From Parcubacteria bacterium C7867-006 (GTDB lineage Bacteria > Patescibacteriota > Minisyncoccia > Phycocordibacterales > DATDWN01): 64,000 bases of DNA. Location: assembly GCA_001189155.1 (NCBI GenBank), contig LFCP01000004.1:133618-197617 (forward strand). Direction: 5' to 3'. This document shows positions 26,624-34,811 of this stretch, one piece after another (position 1 is the stretch's first letter; each line of letters begins with the position of its first letter). The notes under the pieces were generated by a model that was not told the origin of the DNA, did not search any database, and worked only from the letters and a program-made list of their open reading frames with translations. The position numbers and the translations under genes were made by a program.

Positions 26624-27955
26624 GTGAAAAAAACTGAAAAAATACAAAAAAATACTGATGATTTTAAGATAATTGGTGGGAAAAAACTTTCTGGAACAAT
26701 ACAAACAAATTATTCAAAAAATGGTGCGATGGGGCTTTTCTGTGCATCATTACTAAATAAAGACATAACTATACTTCATGGTATTCCTCGTATAGAAGAA
26801 ATAGCTAGAGCTATGGAAATATTTGAAAGTATAGGAGTAAAGACAGAGTGGACTGGAAAAAATACTGTAAAAATAACTCCTCCTAAAAAATTCAAAATAA
26901 ATAACATAGATATGAAATCTGCCGGCAGAATACGTTCTGTACTAATGATGATAGGTTCTCTAATACACTCTGAAAATAAATTCAATATTCCACATGAAGG
27001 AGGTTGCAAAATGGGACAAAGAACGATCGCCGCACACAGATATGGCCTAGAGTCTCTGGGAGTAAAAATCGTAACAAAAGAAACGCATTATGAAGTGAGT
27101 CACAAAAAACTTAAACCAGCTGATATTGTCCTATATGAAGCCAGCGACACAGCAACAGAAAACCTACTGATGGCGGCGTCTCTTGTACCAGGAAAAACCG
27201 TACTACGTTTTTGCCCGCCAAACTATCAAGTTCAGGAGGTTTGTTTTTTCCTAGAAAAATGCGGAGTTAAAATAGAGGGTATTGGAACAACAACATTAAC
27301 CATACATGGGATAAAAGAAATAAATCAAAAGATAGAATACCACAACAGTGAAGACCCTATAGAATCTATGATGTTTATATCTGCTGCAATAGTTACAAAT
27401 TCAAAGCTAACTATAACGAGATGCCCTATTGATTTTCTATCTTTGGAAATACTGAAACTAGAAAAAATGGGGTTGAAATATGAAAAATCAAAAGAATATT
27501 TAGCGGAAAATGGTGGAACAAAACTAGTAGACATAACTGTTCACCCTTCAAAGCTAAAAGCTTTATATGACAAAATACATGCATCTGCATACCCAGGAAT
27601 AAACACAGACAACCTACCATTCTTTGTCCCGATAGCTACTCAGGCAAAAGGAACTACACTAGTACACGACTGGATGTGGGAAAATAGAGCCATCTATTTT
27701 ACCGAACTGAACAAGCTTGGTGCAAATATTGTCCTAGCTGACCAACACAGAGTTTTAGTGCAAGGCCCAACCGAACTAAAAGCAAACCAAGTTGTCTGCC
27801 CTCCTGCCCTACGACCAGCTATGATAGTTTTTGTATCAATGCTCGGAGCAAAAGGAACTTCAATATTAAGAAATGTTTATTCAATAAAACGAGGCTACGA
27901 AAATATAGCTGAAAGACTAAATGCAATAGGTGCTGAAGTTACAATATTAGATTAG
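26624..27955 (+). CDS. murA: UDP-N-acetylglucosamine 1-carboxyvinyltransferase
   Basis: IIGGKKLSG.., active-site loop HEGGCKMGQR, C-terminal motif RGYENI. Divergent from murB. Confidence 0.9.
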   Translation: MKKTEKIQKNTDDFKIIGGKKLSGTIQTNYSKNGAMGLFCASLLNKDITILHGIPRIEEIARAMEIFESIGVKTEWTGKNTVKITPPKKFKINNIDMKSAGRIRSVLMMIGSLIHSENKFNIPHEGGCKMGQRTIAAHRYGLESLGVKIVTKETHYEVSHKKLKPADIVLYEASDTATENLLMAASLVPGKTVLRFCPPNYQVQEVCFFLEKCGVKIEGIGTTTLTIHGIKEINQKIEYHNSEDPIESMMFISAAIVTNSKLTITRCPIDFLSLEILKLEKMGLKYEKSKEYLAENGGTKLVDITVHPSKLKALYDKIHASAYPGINTDNLPFFVPIATQAKGTTLVHDWMWENRAIYFTELNKLGANIVLADQHRVLVQGPTELKANQVVCPPALRPAMIVFVSMLGAKGTSILRNVYSIKRGYENIAERLNAIGAEVTILD

Positions 27956-27956
27956 T

Positions 27957-27988
27957 AAAAACAACCTCATAAAGAGGTTGTTTTTATT
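27957..27988 (+). terminator. AAAAACAACCTC-ATAAA-GAGGTTGTTTTT hairpin after murA
   Basis: 12-bp stem plus a T-run. Confidence 0.75.
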
Positions 27989-28109
27989 TGGTGCCGGAGG
28001 AGGGACTCGAGTCTTACAGACTCAGTACTCCAATTGGATATTTTTTCAAAATATCTCAATCGGGTTTCGAGTCCTCACGAAAGTCAAAACATGACTTTCT
28101 CTCCGGCAT
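27989..28109 (-). ncRNA. tRNA-Leu-linked tRNA-like element, copy Z (complete: 5' acceptor strand, H1, split T-arm P1, P2, P3, 3' acceptor strand and CCA)
   Basis: It starts with GCCGGAG, identical to the tRNA-Leu(CAA) acceptor, and ends with TCGAGTCCCTCCTCCGGCACCA; 18 nt of that end are identical to the tRNA 3' end. It does not fold as a cloverleaf and has no D or anticodon arm. It is homologous to copies X and Y, with compensatory stem changes. Confidence 0.4.
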
Positions 28110-28137
28110 GCAAAAATCCCCTTTCGGGGATTTGTTG

Positions 28138-28219
28138 TGCCGGAGGAGGGACTCGAACCCTCACGCCTTGCGACACACGATTTTGAGTCGTGCGCGTATA
28201 CCAATTCCGCCACTCCGGC
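28138..28219 (-). tRNA. tRNA-Leu (anticodon CAA)
   Basis: Cloverleaf: acceptor GCCGGAG/CTCCGGC, anticodon loop CTCAAAA, long variable arm, T-loop TTCGAGT. Followed by a terminator hairpin ATCCCC-GAAA-GGGGAT with a T-run. Confidence 0.9.
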
Positions 28220-28298
28220 ATAAAACCAATATAACATATTTTAATATAAAGTTCAGGGCCGACAAACACTAGCGCTTGTCGGACCCTGACTGCAGTCA

Positions 28299-28814
28299 TT
28301 ACCCCTTCTTCAGAACTAATCTTGGCAAATTCTGAGTAATGGGTAGAGACACAAGTGTCTTTGCTTTGTACAACCTGAAAGCTTCTTGGCGATTGCCATC
28401 AAGAAGATTCGAGATCCTTATGCCGAGTCTCGAAACAGCCTGAGGTTTCGCTTGGGTGGTCGAAGGATAGCACAGAAAGGTAGCATCGTCGTGCACAGGC
28501 TCTGCTCCATATCCAAGTGTACGCAAAGCAGTGCACAAACAGAATGCAAGCCTCTCAGCCCTAGCAAACACAGGGCTAGTTGCGTATCCAATTGGATGAA
28601 TTTCGTTCGCGAGCCAGACGATGCTGAAGTCATCTTTCAGCTTACCGTCAACCTTTCTCTTTGAGGCAACTTGCGCTGCGTTGAAGACCTTCTTCTCGAG
28701 CTTAAAATTCAGCTGGAGAGATGGTTGAAGTCGAAGCTTGTGCCACTCCTTCACTCCCACTTCAACAAACTTGTTCCATTCATCGCTACCAACTGCTCGC
28801 ACCCAGTATTTCAT
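28299..28814 (-). CDS. GC-rich ORFan cassette
   Basis: 171 aa. AAGGAG lies 8 nt before the ATG and the GC hairpin GGGCCGACAA..TTGTCGGaCCC lies after the stop. Wedged between tRNA-Leu(CAA) and miaA. Confidence 0.55.
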   Translation of the reverse strand: MKYWVRAVGSDEWNKFVEVGVKEWHKLRLQPSLQLNFKLEKKVFNAAQVASKRKVDGKLKDDFSIVWLANEIHPIGYATSPVFARAERLAFCLCTALRTLGYGAEPVHDDATFLCYPSTTQAKPQAVSRLGIRISNLLDGNRQEAFRLYKAKTLVSLPITQNLPRLVLKKG

Positions 28815-28868
28815 TTCGCAATCTCCTTGCCGAAATAACCTGTCCGTTGTACAGTTTGTCTTATTAAA

Positions 28869-29795
28869 ATGAAAAAATCAAGTTTTAAAAATAATCCAAT
28901 AAAACCTAAAATACTAGTTATCCTTGGTCCAACAGCCACAGGCAAAAGTGACCTAGCTGTTAAACTCGCTAAAAAATATAATGGTGAGATTATTTCTGCT
29001 GATTCAAGACAAGTATACAAAGGTTTAGATATCGGCACAGGAAAAATCACTAAAAAAGAGATGCTAGGGATTCCGCACTACATGCTAAACGTCATATCTC
29101 CTAAAAAAGTATTCTCTGTTTCTGATTTTCAAAAACTAGCTAATGCAAAAATAGAAGAAATAATTTCAAAAGGAAAACTCCCTATAATAGTTGGAGGAAC
29201 AGGATTCTATATTCAATCAATCGTAGATGGAATAGTTCTACCAGAAGTTCCTCCAAATAAAAAACTCAGAAAAGAATTAGAGAAAAAAAATATTGATGAG
29301 TTAGTTTTAATGCTAGAAAAAATTGATAAAGAAAGACTAAAAAATATAGATAAAAACAACCCTGTACGACTGATAAGAGCTATTGAAATAGCAGAAAAAC
29401 TTGGCTCTGTGCCAAAGATAAAAACACAAAAAAGTAACTATGATTTTATACAAATCGGTCTTAACCTCCCAGAGGGAGAAATAAAAGAAAAAATACACAA
29501 AAGACTCCTAGCAAGAATTAAAAAAGGAATGATGAAAGAAGCAGAGAAAATTCATAAAAATGGCTTATCCTGGAAACGTATGCGAGAACTAGGACTTGAG
29601 TATCGATACCTGGCAGATTTTCTGGAAAAAATAATAGACCAAAAAGAACTCATTAATAAACTAGATTCCGAGATATATCATTACAGCAAAAGACAGATGA
29701 CTTGGTTTAAAAAAGATAAAAAAATTAAATGGTTCAATCCAAAAAATTTATTAAATATAGAAAAATTTGTTAATAACTCATTGATTAATAACTAG
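28869..29795 (+). CDS. miaA: tRNA dimethylallyltransferase
   Basis: GPTATGKS.., ISADSRQVYKGLDIGTGK. Confidence 0.9.
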   Translation: MKKSSFKNNPIKPKILVILGPTATGKSDLAVKLAKKYNGEIISADSRQVYKGLDIGTGKITKKEMLGIPHYMLNVISPKKVFSVSDFQKLANAKIEEIISKGKLPIIVGGTGFYIQSIVDGIVLPEVPPNKKLRKELEKKNIDELVLMLEKIDKERLKNIDKNNPVRLIRAIEIAEKLGSVPKIKTQKSNYDFIQIGLNLPEGEIKEKIHKRLLARIKKGMMKEAEKIHKNGLSWKRMRELGLEYRYLADFLEKIIDQKELINKLDSEIYHYSKRQMTWFKKDKKIKWFNPKNLLNIEKFVNNSLINN

Positions 29796-29827
29796 CAATA
29801 TAGTAAAAATAAAAAAGGAGGACCGAC

Positions 29828-29929
29828 ATGCTCGAGATCCTTGGTAAATCAGTTCTCGCTCTGGTAGCGTTCTGGCCATTCTGGGTTACTCCACTGGCGA
29901 TAGTCTTCGCCTGCAGGCGAACTCAGTAG
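29828..29929 (+). CDS. GC-rich 33-aa hydrophobic peptide (MLEILGKSVLALVAFWPFWVTPLAIVFACRRTQ)
   Basis: AAGGAGG lies 7 nt before the ATG. One TM-length hydrophobic stretch has a basic C-terminus. The GC hairpin GCCCCGTG..CACGGGGC follows at about 29949-29975. Confidence 0.4.
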   Translation: MLEILGKSVLALVAFWPFWVTPLAIVFACRRTQ

Positions 29930-30021
29930 AACGACTCCACAGTTGTATGCCCCGTGACCTACCTAGGCACGGGGCACCGTTTTGCCTAAAGGTAAAAAAT
30001 CCTGTAGGATTGAACAAATAA

Positions 30022-30092
30022 GGGGGGTTAGTTAAGTGGTATAACTACGGTCTCCAAAACCGTCGTCGGGAGTCCGATTCTTCCACCCCCCG
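30022..30092 (+). tRNA. tRNA-Trp (anticodon CCA)
   Basis: Acceptor GGGGGGT/ACCCCCC and anticodon loop CTCCAAA. Confidence 0.9.
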
Positions 30093-30103
30093 CATATTTT
30101 TAT

Positions 30104-30138
30104 AAAACAAAAAACCGCTTGTAGCGGTTTTTTGTTTT
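30104..30138. terminator. 16-bp perfect bidirectional hairpin AAAACAAAAAACCGCT-TGT-AGCGGTTTTTTGTTTT
   Basis: Lies between convergent tRNA-Trp and rpmG. Confidence 0.75.
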
Positions 30139-30313
30139 ATTTCTTCACAGCTTTTAACGGGAATTTAACCTCACCAAAAACAACTCTCTTTCGAAGTTTC
30201 TTGTCATACTTCTTTAGGGAAATCTTCCTTTCAACTTTCCTCTTGTTTTTTCCAGTGAAATAAACTGATCCAGTTTCTTTGTTTGATATTGGTATTAATC
30301 TGTCTTGTGACAT
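30137..30313 (-). CDS. rpmG: 50S ribosomal protein L33
   Basis: 58 aa, below the ORF-track cutoff. YFTGKNKRKVERKISLKKYDKKLRKRVVFGEVK fits L33 (Cys-less form). Confidence 0.7.
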   Translation of the reverse strand: MSQDRLIPISNKETGSVYFTGKNKRKVERKISLKKYDKKLRKRVVFGEVKFPLKAVKK

Positions 30314-30363
30314 AGTTTTAATAAATTACCAGAAAAGAGACTAAAATGCAAGGTTTATAAAGT

Positions 30364-30398
30364 AAAAAGCCGTCCGAGTAAAAGTAACCTCGGACAGG
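30364..30398 (-). terminator. CCGTCCGAG-N10-CTCGGAC(A)GG hairpin with a T-run on the minus strand
   Basis: Located 22 nt after the stop of ORF 30420-30626. Confidence 0.6.
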
Positions 30399-30419
30399 CC
30401 TTTCACTCTTGGACAGACT

Positions 30420-30626
30420 TCAGAATTCGAAGATTGGACGCGGGATGAGGATCTGCTCTGTTCCAGCGACCCTCATAGAGATGTGCTTTTCACCACCACA
30501 GTGTCGAAAGACGACAACACCGCGAGTGTTGTCTGGGTCGTTCTGCACATAAACGACAGTGCAGTTGTTGACCTTGTCACCAACTTGAAGCGAGCTCCAC
30601 TGATCGCTGGACATCTCGTTAGACAT
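30420..30626 (-). CDS. GC-rich ORFan cassette
   Basis: The start is set at ATG 30626 (MSNEMSSDQW) with GGAGG 5 nt upstream. The promoter is TTGACT-N17-TAACAT. 68 aa, no family recognised. Confidence 0.5.
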   Translation of the reverse strand: MSNEMSSDQWSSLQVGDKVNNCTVVYVQNDPDNTRGVVVFRHCGGEKHISMRVAGTEQILIPRPIFEF

Positions 30627-30710
30627 CGCGGCCTCCAAAATTGTTCCAACTATTATGTTAGTTCTAAAAAAGTTACTAGTCAACAAAAATCCCCTTGCGG
30701 GGAATCTTTG

Positions 30711-30793
30711 TGCGTAGGGAGGGATTCGAACCCCCGTAGGCCGAAGCCGAGAGATTTACAGTCTCTTGTAATTGACCACTCTACCACCTACGC
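30711..30793 (-). tRNA. tRNA-Tyr (anticodon GTA), class II with a long variable arm
   Basis: Anticodon arm AGAGA-CTGTAAA-TCTCT and T-loop TTCGAAT. A terminator hairpin ATTCCCC-GCAA-GGGGAT follows. Confidence 0.9.
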
Positions 30794-31165
30794 AATCTTA
30801 TATTTAACGTATTTACTAGTCTCGATACTTATTTCATTTCTTGATTCTACTTCAGCCCATGGCAAATCATACATTTGCCCTTTTTGAGTAAAAATAAATA
30901 ACCTATCAAATGAATTTTTATCGTATTTCTTGGAATAACTGAAAGATTGATTTCCCCCTGTTATTCTGAGACCGACTTTACAGGTTTTGCTATTACTATA
31001 AAGTCCTGCGTATTTTACTTGAACTTTGGACAAAAGTCCATTTTTTTCAATTATCAAATCATAATCTCTTTTATCACCAATAGGCAAACACACTTCATAA
31101 CCAGAAGTTATATAATGTCTTATAGCATTACCAACTGCTATATCTCCTTTACTTTTGGTATTCAC
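30788..31165 (-). CDS. Stand-alone PD-(D/E)XK endonuclease of the group-I-intron-associated type
   Basis: KGDIAVGNAIRHYITSGYEVCLPIGDKRDYDLII...KVQVK. Its last two codons overlap the 5' end of tRNA-Tyr. Confidence 0.6.
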   Translation of the reverse strand: MNTKSKGDIAVGNAIRHYITSGYEVCLPIGDKRDYDLIIEKNGLLSKVQVKYAGLYSNSKTCKVGLRITGGNQSFSYSKKYDKNSFDRLFIFTQKGQMYDLPWAEVESRNEISIETSKYVKYKIA

Positions 31166-31200
31166 AACTAGATTATAACAGAGTATTAGTCTGTCATCAA

Positions 31201-33876
31201 TTAGGCCAATGCATTTTCGTTTACAAAACCATCAGTTACAAACGAGCCATTCTTTCCCTTCTTTACATTAAACACGAACTCACTACCCTTCATATCAACA
31301 GTAATAGAACCACCTTTTGATATTCCCTTACTTACCATAAGTGATGCAATAGGAGTCAAAATCTTTGACTGTATAAGTCTCTTTAGAGGTCTTGCACCGT
31401 ACTGTGGGTTATAACCTTCTTTAGATAGATGCTCCATAACAGAGTTTGAGAGAGTTAATTTTATTTCTTTCTGCTCAAGTCTTTCTTTAACAATATCAAC
31501 TTGGATTTTAACAATCTGGGCTATTGCTTCTTTACTCAAAATATCAAAAACAATAATATCATCTAACCTATTCAAAAACTCTGGTCGGAAGTGATCTTTC
31601 AGTGCCTCCATTACTTTTGATTTCGCTTCTTCATAGTTTGCCTTCTCTGTTCTTTCTGAAGCAAAACCAATTTTCTCCATTTTATCTATATACCTAGCAC
31701 CAATGTTTGATGTCAGAATGATTACAGTATTTCTGAAATTAACAACTCTACCCTTACTATCTGTAAGTTTACCGTTATCTAGAACTTGTAGAAGAATATT
31801 GAAAACTTCTGGATGAGCTTTTTCTATCTCATCAAAAAGAATAACTGAATATGGTCTATGTCGAACCATCTCTGTTAGATTTCCACCTTCTTCATGACCA
31901 ACATATCCTGGAGGAGCACCGATAATTTTTGAAACACTGTGTTTCTCCATAAACTCTGACATATCAACTCTTATAAGAGCCTTGTCGTCATCAAACAAAA
32001 ACTGCGCTAGAGCTTTTGTTAACTCTGTTTTTCCAACTCCAGTTGGACCTAGGAACAAGAATGAGCCAATAGGTCTGTTTGGGTCTGAAATACCAGCACG
32101 ACTTCTTTTGATTGTATCTGATATTTTCTGAACAGCCTCTTCTTGTCCAACAATTCTGTTTTTCAAAACCTCATCCATTCTATTTAGTTTATCTGCCTCC
32201 TCCTCAAGCATCCGGCTAACAGGAATACCTGTCCATTTTGAAACAATGGTTGCAATATCATTTTCTGTAATTTCTTCTTTCAAAATTCTTCTTGAACTCT
32301 GAAGCTTCTTTAATCTTTTTGATTTTGTATCCAAATCTTTTTCTAGACCTGGAATTTTTCCATAACGTATTTCGGCTGCACGAGAAAGATCTGCTCTAGC
32401 TTCTGCAGTCTCTGCTTCTCGTCTCAATTCCTCTAGTTGTTTTTTAATAGCTTTAATATCTGATACAGTCTCTTTCTCATTGTTCCATTTAAGTTCTATT
32501 TCAGATATTTCTTCCTTCAAATCTGCAATTTCTTTTTCAATCTCTTTAAATCTAGCTTTTGATTTAGGATCAGTCTCTTTTTTTAGAGCCTCATGTTCTA
32601 TTTGTAGTTTAACTATTTTTGAGTGAGCAGTCTGAAGAACTGGAGGTTTGTTCTCCATTGCAATTTTCAAATATGAAGCAGACTCATCAATAAGATCTAC
32701 AGCCTTATCAGGAAGAAATCTATCAGAAATATATCTCGAACTTAGATTTACAGCAGCGACAATAGCCTCATCGGTTATGTGAACACCATGATAAAGCTCA
32801 TATTTTTCTTTTAGTCCTCTCAAAATAGTGATGGCGTCATCAATACTTGGCTCATTAACATAAACAGGTTGGAATCTTCTAGTTAAAGCGGGATCTTTTT
32901 CAATATGTTTTTGGTATTCTTTCAAAGTCGTTGCACCAATAGCTCGAAGTTCCCCCCTAGCGAGAGCTGGCTTTAACATATTTGATGCATCTAGAGATCC
33001 TTCTGCTGATCCAGCCCCAACAATAGTATGAATTTCATCGACAAAAAGAATTATTTTCCCATCAGATCTTTCTATTTCTTTTAGTATGTTCTTCAATCTC
33101 TCTTCAAACTCACCTCTGTATTTTGTTCCTGCAATAAGTAATCCTAAATCCAAAGAAACAAGCTCTTTGTCGCGCAATGACTCTGGAACTTCTCCCATAG
33201 ACATTCTGATAGCTAGACCTTCTACAATAGCTGTTTTTCCAACTCCAGCCTCACCAATAAGAATAGGATTGTTTTTTGTTCGTCGAGAAAGAATTTGAAC
33301 TATTCGTCCGATTTCGTCATCGCGTCCAATAACAGGGTCTAGTTTATTTAACTGAGCCAGTTTTGTTAAACTTCTTGTGTATTTTGATAGAGCTTTAAAC
33401 TTTTTTGGACTATCAGTCTCAACTGTTTTTGTTTTTCTGATATCTTCAATAACTCTCAAAACAGTATCTTTATCAATTTTAAATTTCTTTAATAAATCTT
33501 TTGCTACACTCGGAACCTCAGTTAAGGCTAGGAAAAGATGTTCTGTTGAAACAAACTCGTCATTCAAAATAGATGTTTGCTTACCTGAGTTCTCTATTGT
33601 TTGTGCTAACTCTGGAGTTAGATATATCTGGTATGAAGCAGACAAAGTCTGACCAGGATCACTACCCTCGATACCCTCAAGAAGAGAGTCTGTCATAAGA
33701 ATTGTATCAACCTCTAATTTTTCTAAAATAGAATTAACCACACTCTCCTCCTGTAGAATAAGAGCTGTTAGAAGATGAAGTGGATTAACGTGATTCTGAC
33801 CACGTTCAATAGCTAGCTCATGAGCCTTTCGTATTGCTTCCTTTGCTTTAGTTGTAAAGTTATTAAATGGTTGCAT
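31201..33876 (-). CDS. clpB: ATP-dependent chaperone ClpB
   Basis: Two AAA+ modules ([16 protein letters not shown]) with a middle coiled-coil. 891 aa. Confidence 0.9.
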   Translation of the reverse strand: MQPFNNFTTKAKEAIRKAHELAIERGQNHVNPLHLLTALILQEESVVNSILEKLEVDTILMTDSLLEGIEGSDPGQTLSASYQIYLTPELAQTIENSGKQTSILNDEFVSTEHLFLALTEVPSVAKDLLKKFKIDKDTVLRVIEDIRKTKTVETDSPKKFKALSKYTRSLTKLAQLNKLDPVIGRDDEIGRIVQILSRRTKNNPILIGEAGVGKTAIVEGLAIRMSMGEVPESLRDKELVSLDLGLLIAGTKYRGEFEERLKNILKEIERSDGKIILFVDEIHTIVGAGSAEGSLDASNMLKPALARGELRAIGATTLKEYQKHIEKDPALTRRFQPVYVNEPSIDDAITILRGLKEKYELYHGVHITDEAIVAAVNLSSRYISDRFLPDKAVDLIDESASYLKIAMENKPPVLQTAHSKIVKLQIEHEALKKETDPKSKARFKEIEKEIADLKEEISEIELKWNNEKETVSDIKAIKKQLEELRREAETAEARADLSRAAEIRYGKIPGLEKDLDTKSKRLKKLQSSRRILKEEITENDIATIVSKWTGIPVSRMLEEEADKLNRMDEVLKNRIVGQEEAVQKISDTIKRSRAGISDPNRPIGSFLFLGPTGVGKTELTKALAQFLFDDDKALIRVDMSEFMEKHSVSKIIGAPPGYVGHEEGGNLTEMVRHRPYSVILFDEIEKAHPEVFNILLQVLDNGKLTDSKGRVVNFRNTVIILTSNIGARYIDKMEKIGFASERTEKANYEEAKSKVMEALKDHFRPEFLNRLDDIIVFDILSKEAIAQIVKIQVDIVKERLEQKEIKLTLSNSVMEHLSKEGYNPQYGARPLKRLIQSKILTPIASLMVSKGISKGGSITVDMKGSEFVFNVKKGKNGSFVTDGFVNENALA

Positions 33877-33941
33877 AAATATGCTTATTTTGGCCTATTA
33901 TATTACATTTTTGGCTAAAGTCAATGTAACCTAAATCAGAA

Positions 33942-34784
33942 TTATTGAGCTTTTGAAGCCTCATTTAGAGTAGAAAGTTCCTTCTTCAAAATCGATACTG
34001 GGACGAAAACTTTTGACGCATCAGATGATAGTTTAAAACCAATTACATCTCCAGAGAGGTTGAAGGCTGGACTTCCATCTACCAAATCTTTTATAGAAAT
34101 ATCTGTATTAATTCCTGATAGATACTTTATAGTACTTGTTCCAACGCCGGATTCTTTCATATCTAAAGATATTACTCTACCAACAGCAATTGCATTTGTG
34201 TCATTACCACCCAAAGCAATAATTGTTTGTCCCAGTTTAGGATCTGAATCTCCCAGAACAGCTGGTGAAAACGGGTAAGATGTTTTATCTGTTACTTTTT
34301 CTCCTTGATTAGCTTTAAATAATATAAAATTTGTTTGTTTATCTACTCCCATAGGAATAAGAGGAAATTCTTTACCGTCACTCATTGTAACAGTATAAAC
34401 ATTACCAGCTGGGAGATATTTCCTATCAGCTGCGATAACACCGTCTTTTGTCAGAACCAAACCTATACCGTAAAAACTAACTGTACCAACATTTCCATCT
34501 TTTTCTTTTATTCTCACAATACTTTTTAGGTTTTTATTTATTGAATCAACAATCAAATCCTCTTCTTTAACAACAACAGTTGTGACCTCTTTCTGTCCAG
34601 ATGTTGTAACAGCCGCAGGAGTAACTGTCTCAATAGTTTTTTCTACAATTCTATTTATGTTTCTTGTTACTTCAATAGGAGTCTCTTGCAAAAGAGAAGT
34701 TGTCATAATTCCAGTAGCAATAGATGTAACAAAGCTAATAAGTAGAGTCAAAAGAATGATTTGATTTTTATTTAGATCTTCCAT
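33942..34784 (-). CDS. Membrane-anchored trypsin-fold (HtrA/S1C-like) protein; catalytic His not evident
   Basis: N-terminal TM helix. LGDSDPKLGQ..ALGG and DGSPAFNLSGDVIGF resemble S1C blocks, but the catalytic triad is incomplete by eye. Confidence 0.4.
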   Translation of the reverse strand: MEDLNKNQIILLTLLISFVTSIATGIMTTSLLQETPIEVTRNINRIVEKTIETVTPAAVTTSGQKEVTTVVVKEEDLIVDSINKNLKSIVRIKEKDGNVGTVSFYGIGLVLTKDGVIAADRKYLPAGNVYTVTMSDGKEFPLIPMGVDKQTNFILFKANQGEKVTDKTSYPFSPAVLGDSDPKLGQTIIALGGNDTNAIAVGRVISLDMKESGVGTSTIKYLSGINTDISIKDLVDGSPAFNLSGDVIGFKLSSDASKVFVPVSILKKELSTLNEASKAQ

Positions 34785-34811
34785 TTGTGATTATAATAAC
34801 ATAACTAATTA

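Noticed and set aside
27989-28109. The Z, X and Y units as genuine but intron-containing or unusual tRNAs (group I intron, BHB-type intron, tRNA-Sec or allo-tRNA-like).
   Set aside because: - The inserts are too short for a group I intron.
- No anticodon arm can be drawn: the H1 loops differ in length and sequence.
- No bulge-helix-bulge motif is seen.
- X lacks a 3' acceptor strand.
27988-28299. ORF-track ORFs 27988-28272 (+), 28046-28237 (-) and 28084-28299 (-).
   Set aside because: They overlap tRNA-Leu(CAA) and the tRNA-like element and have no start context, so they are spurious.
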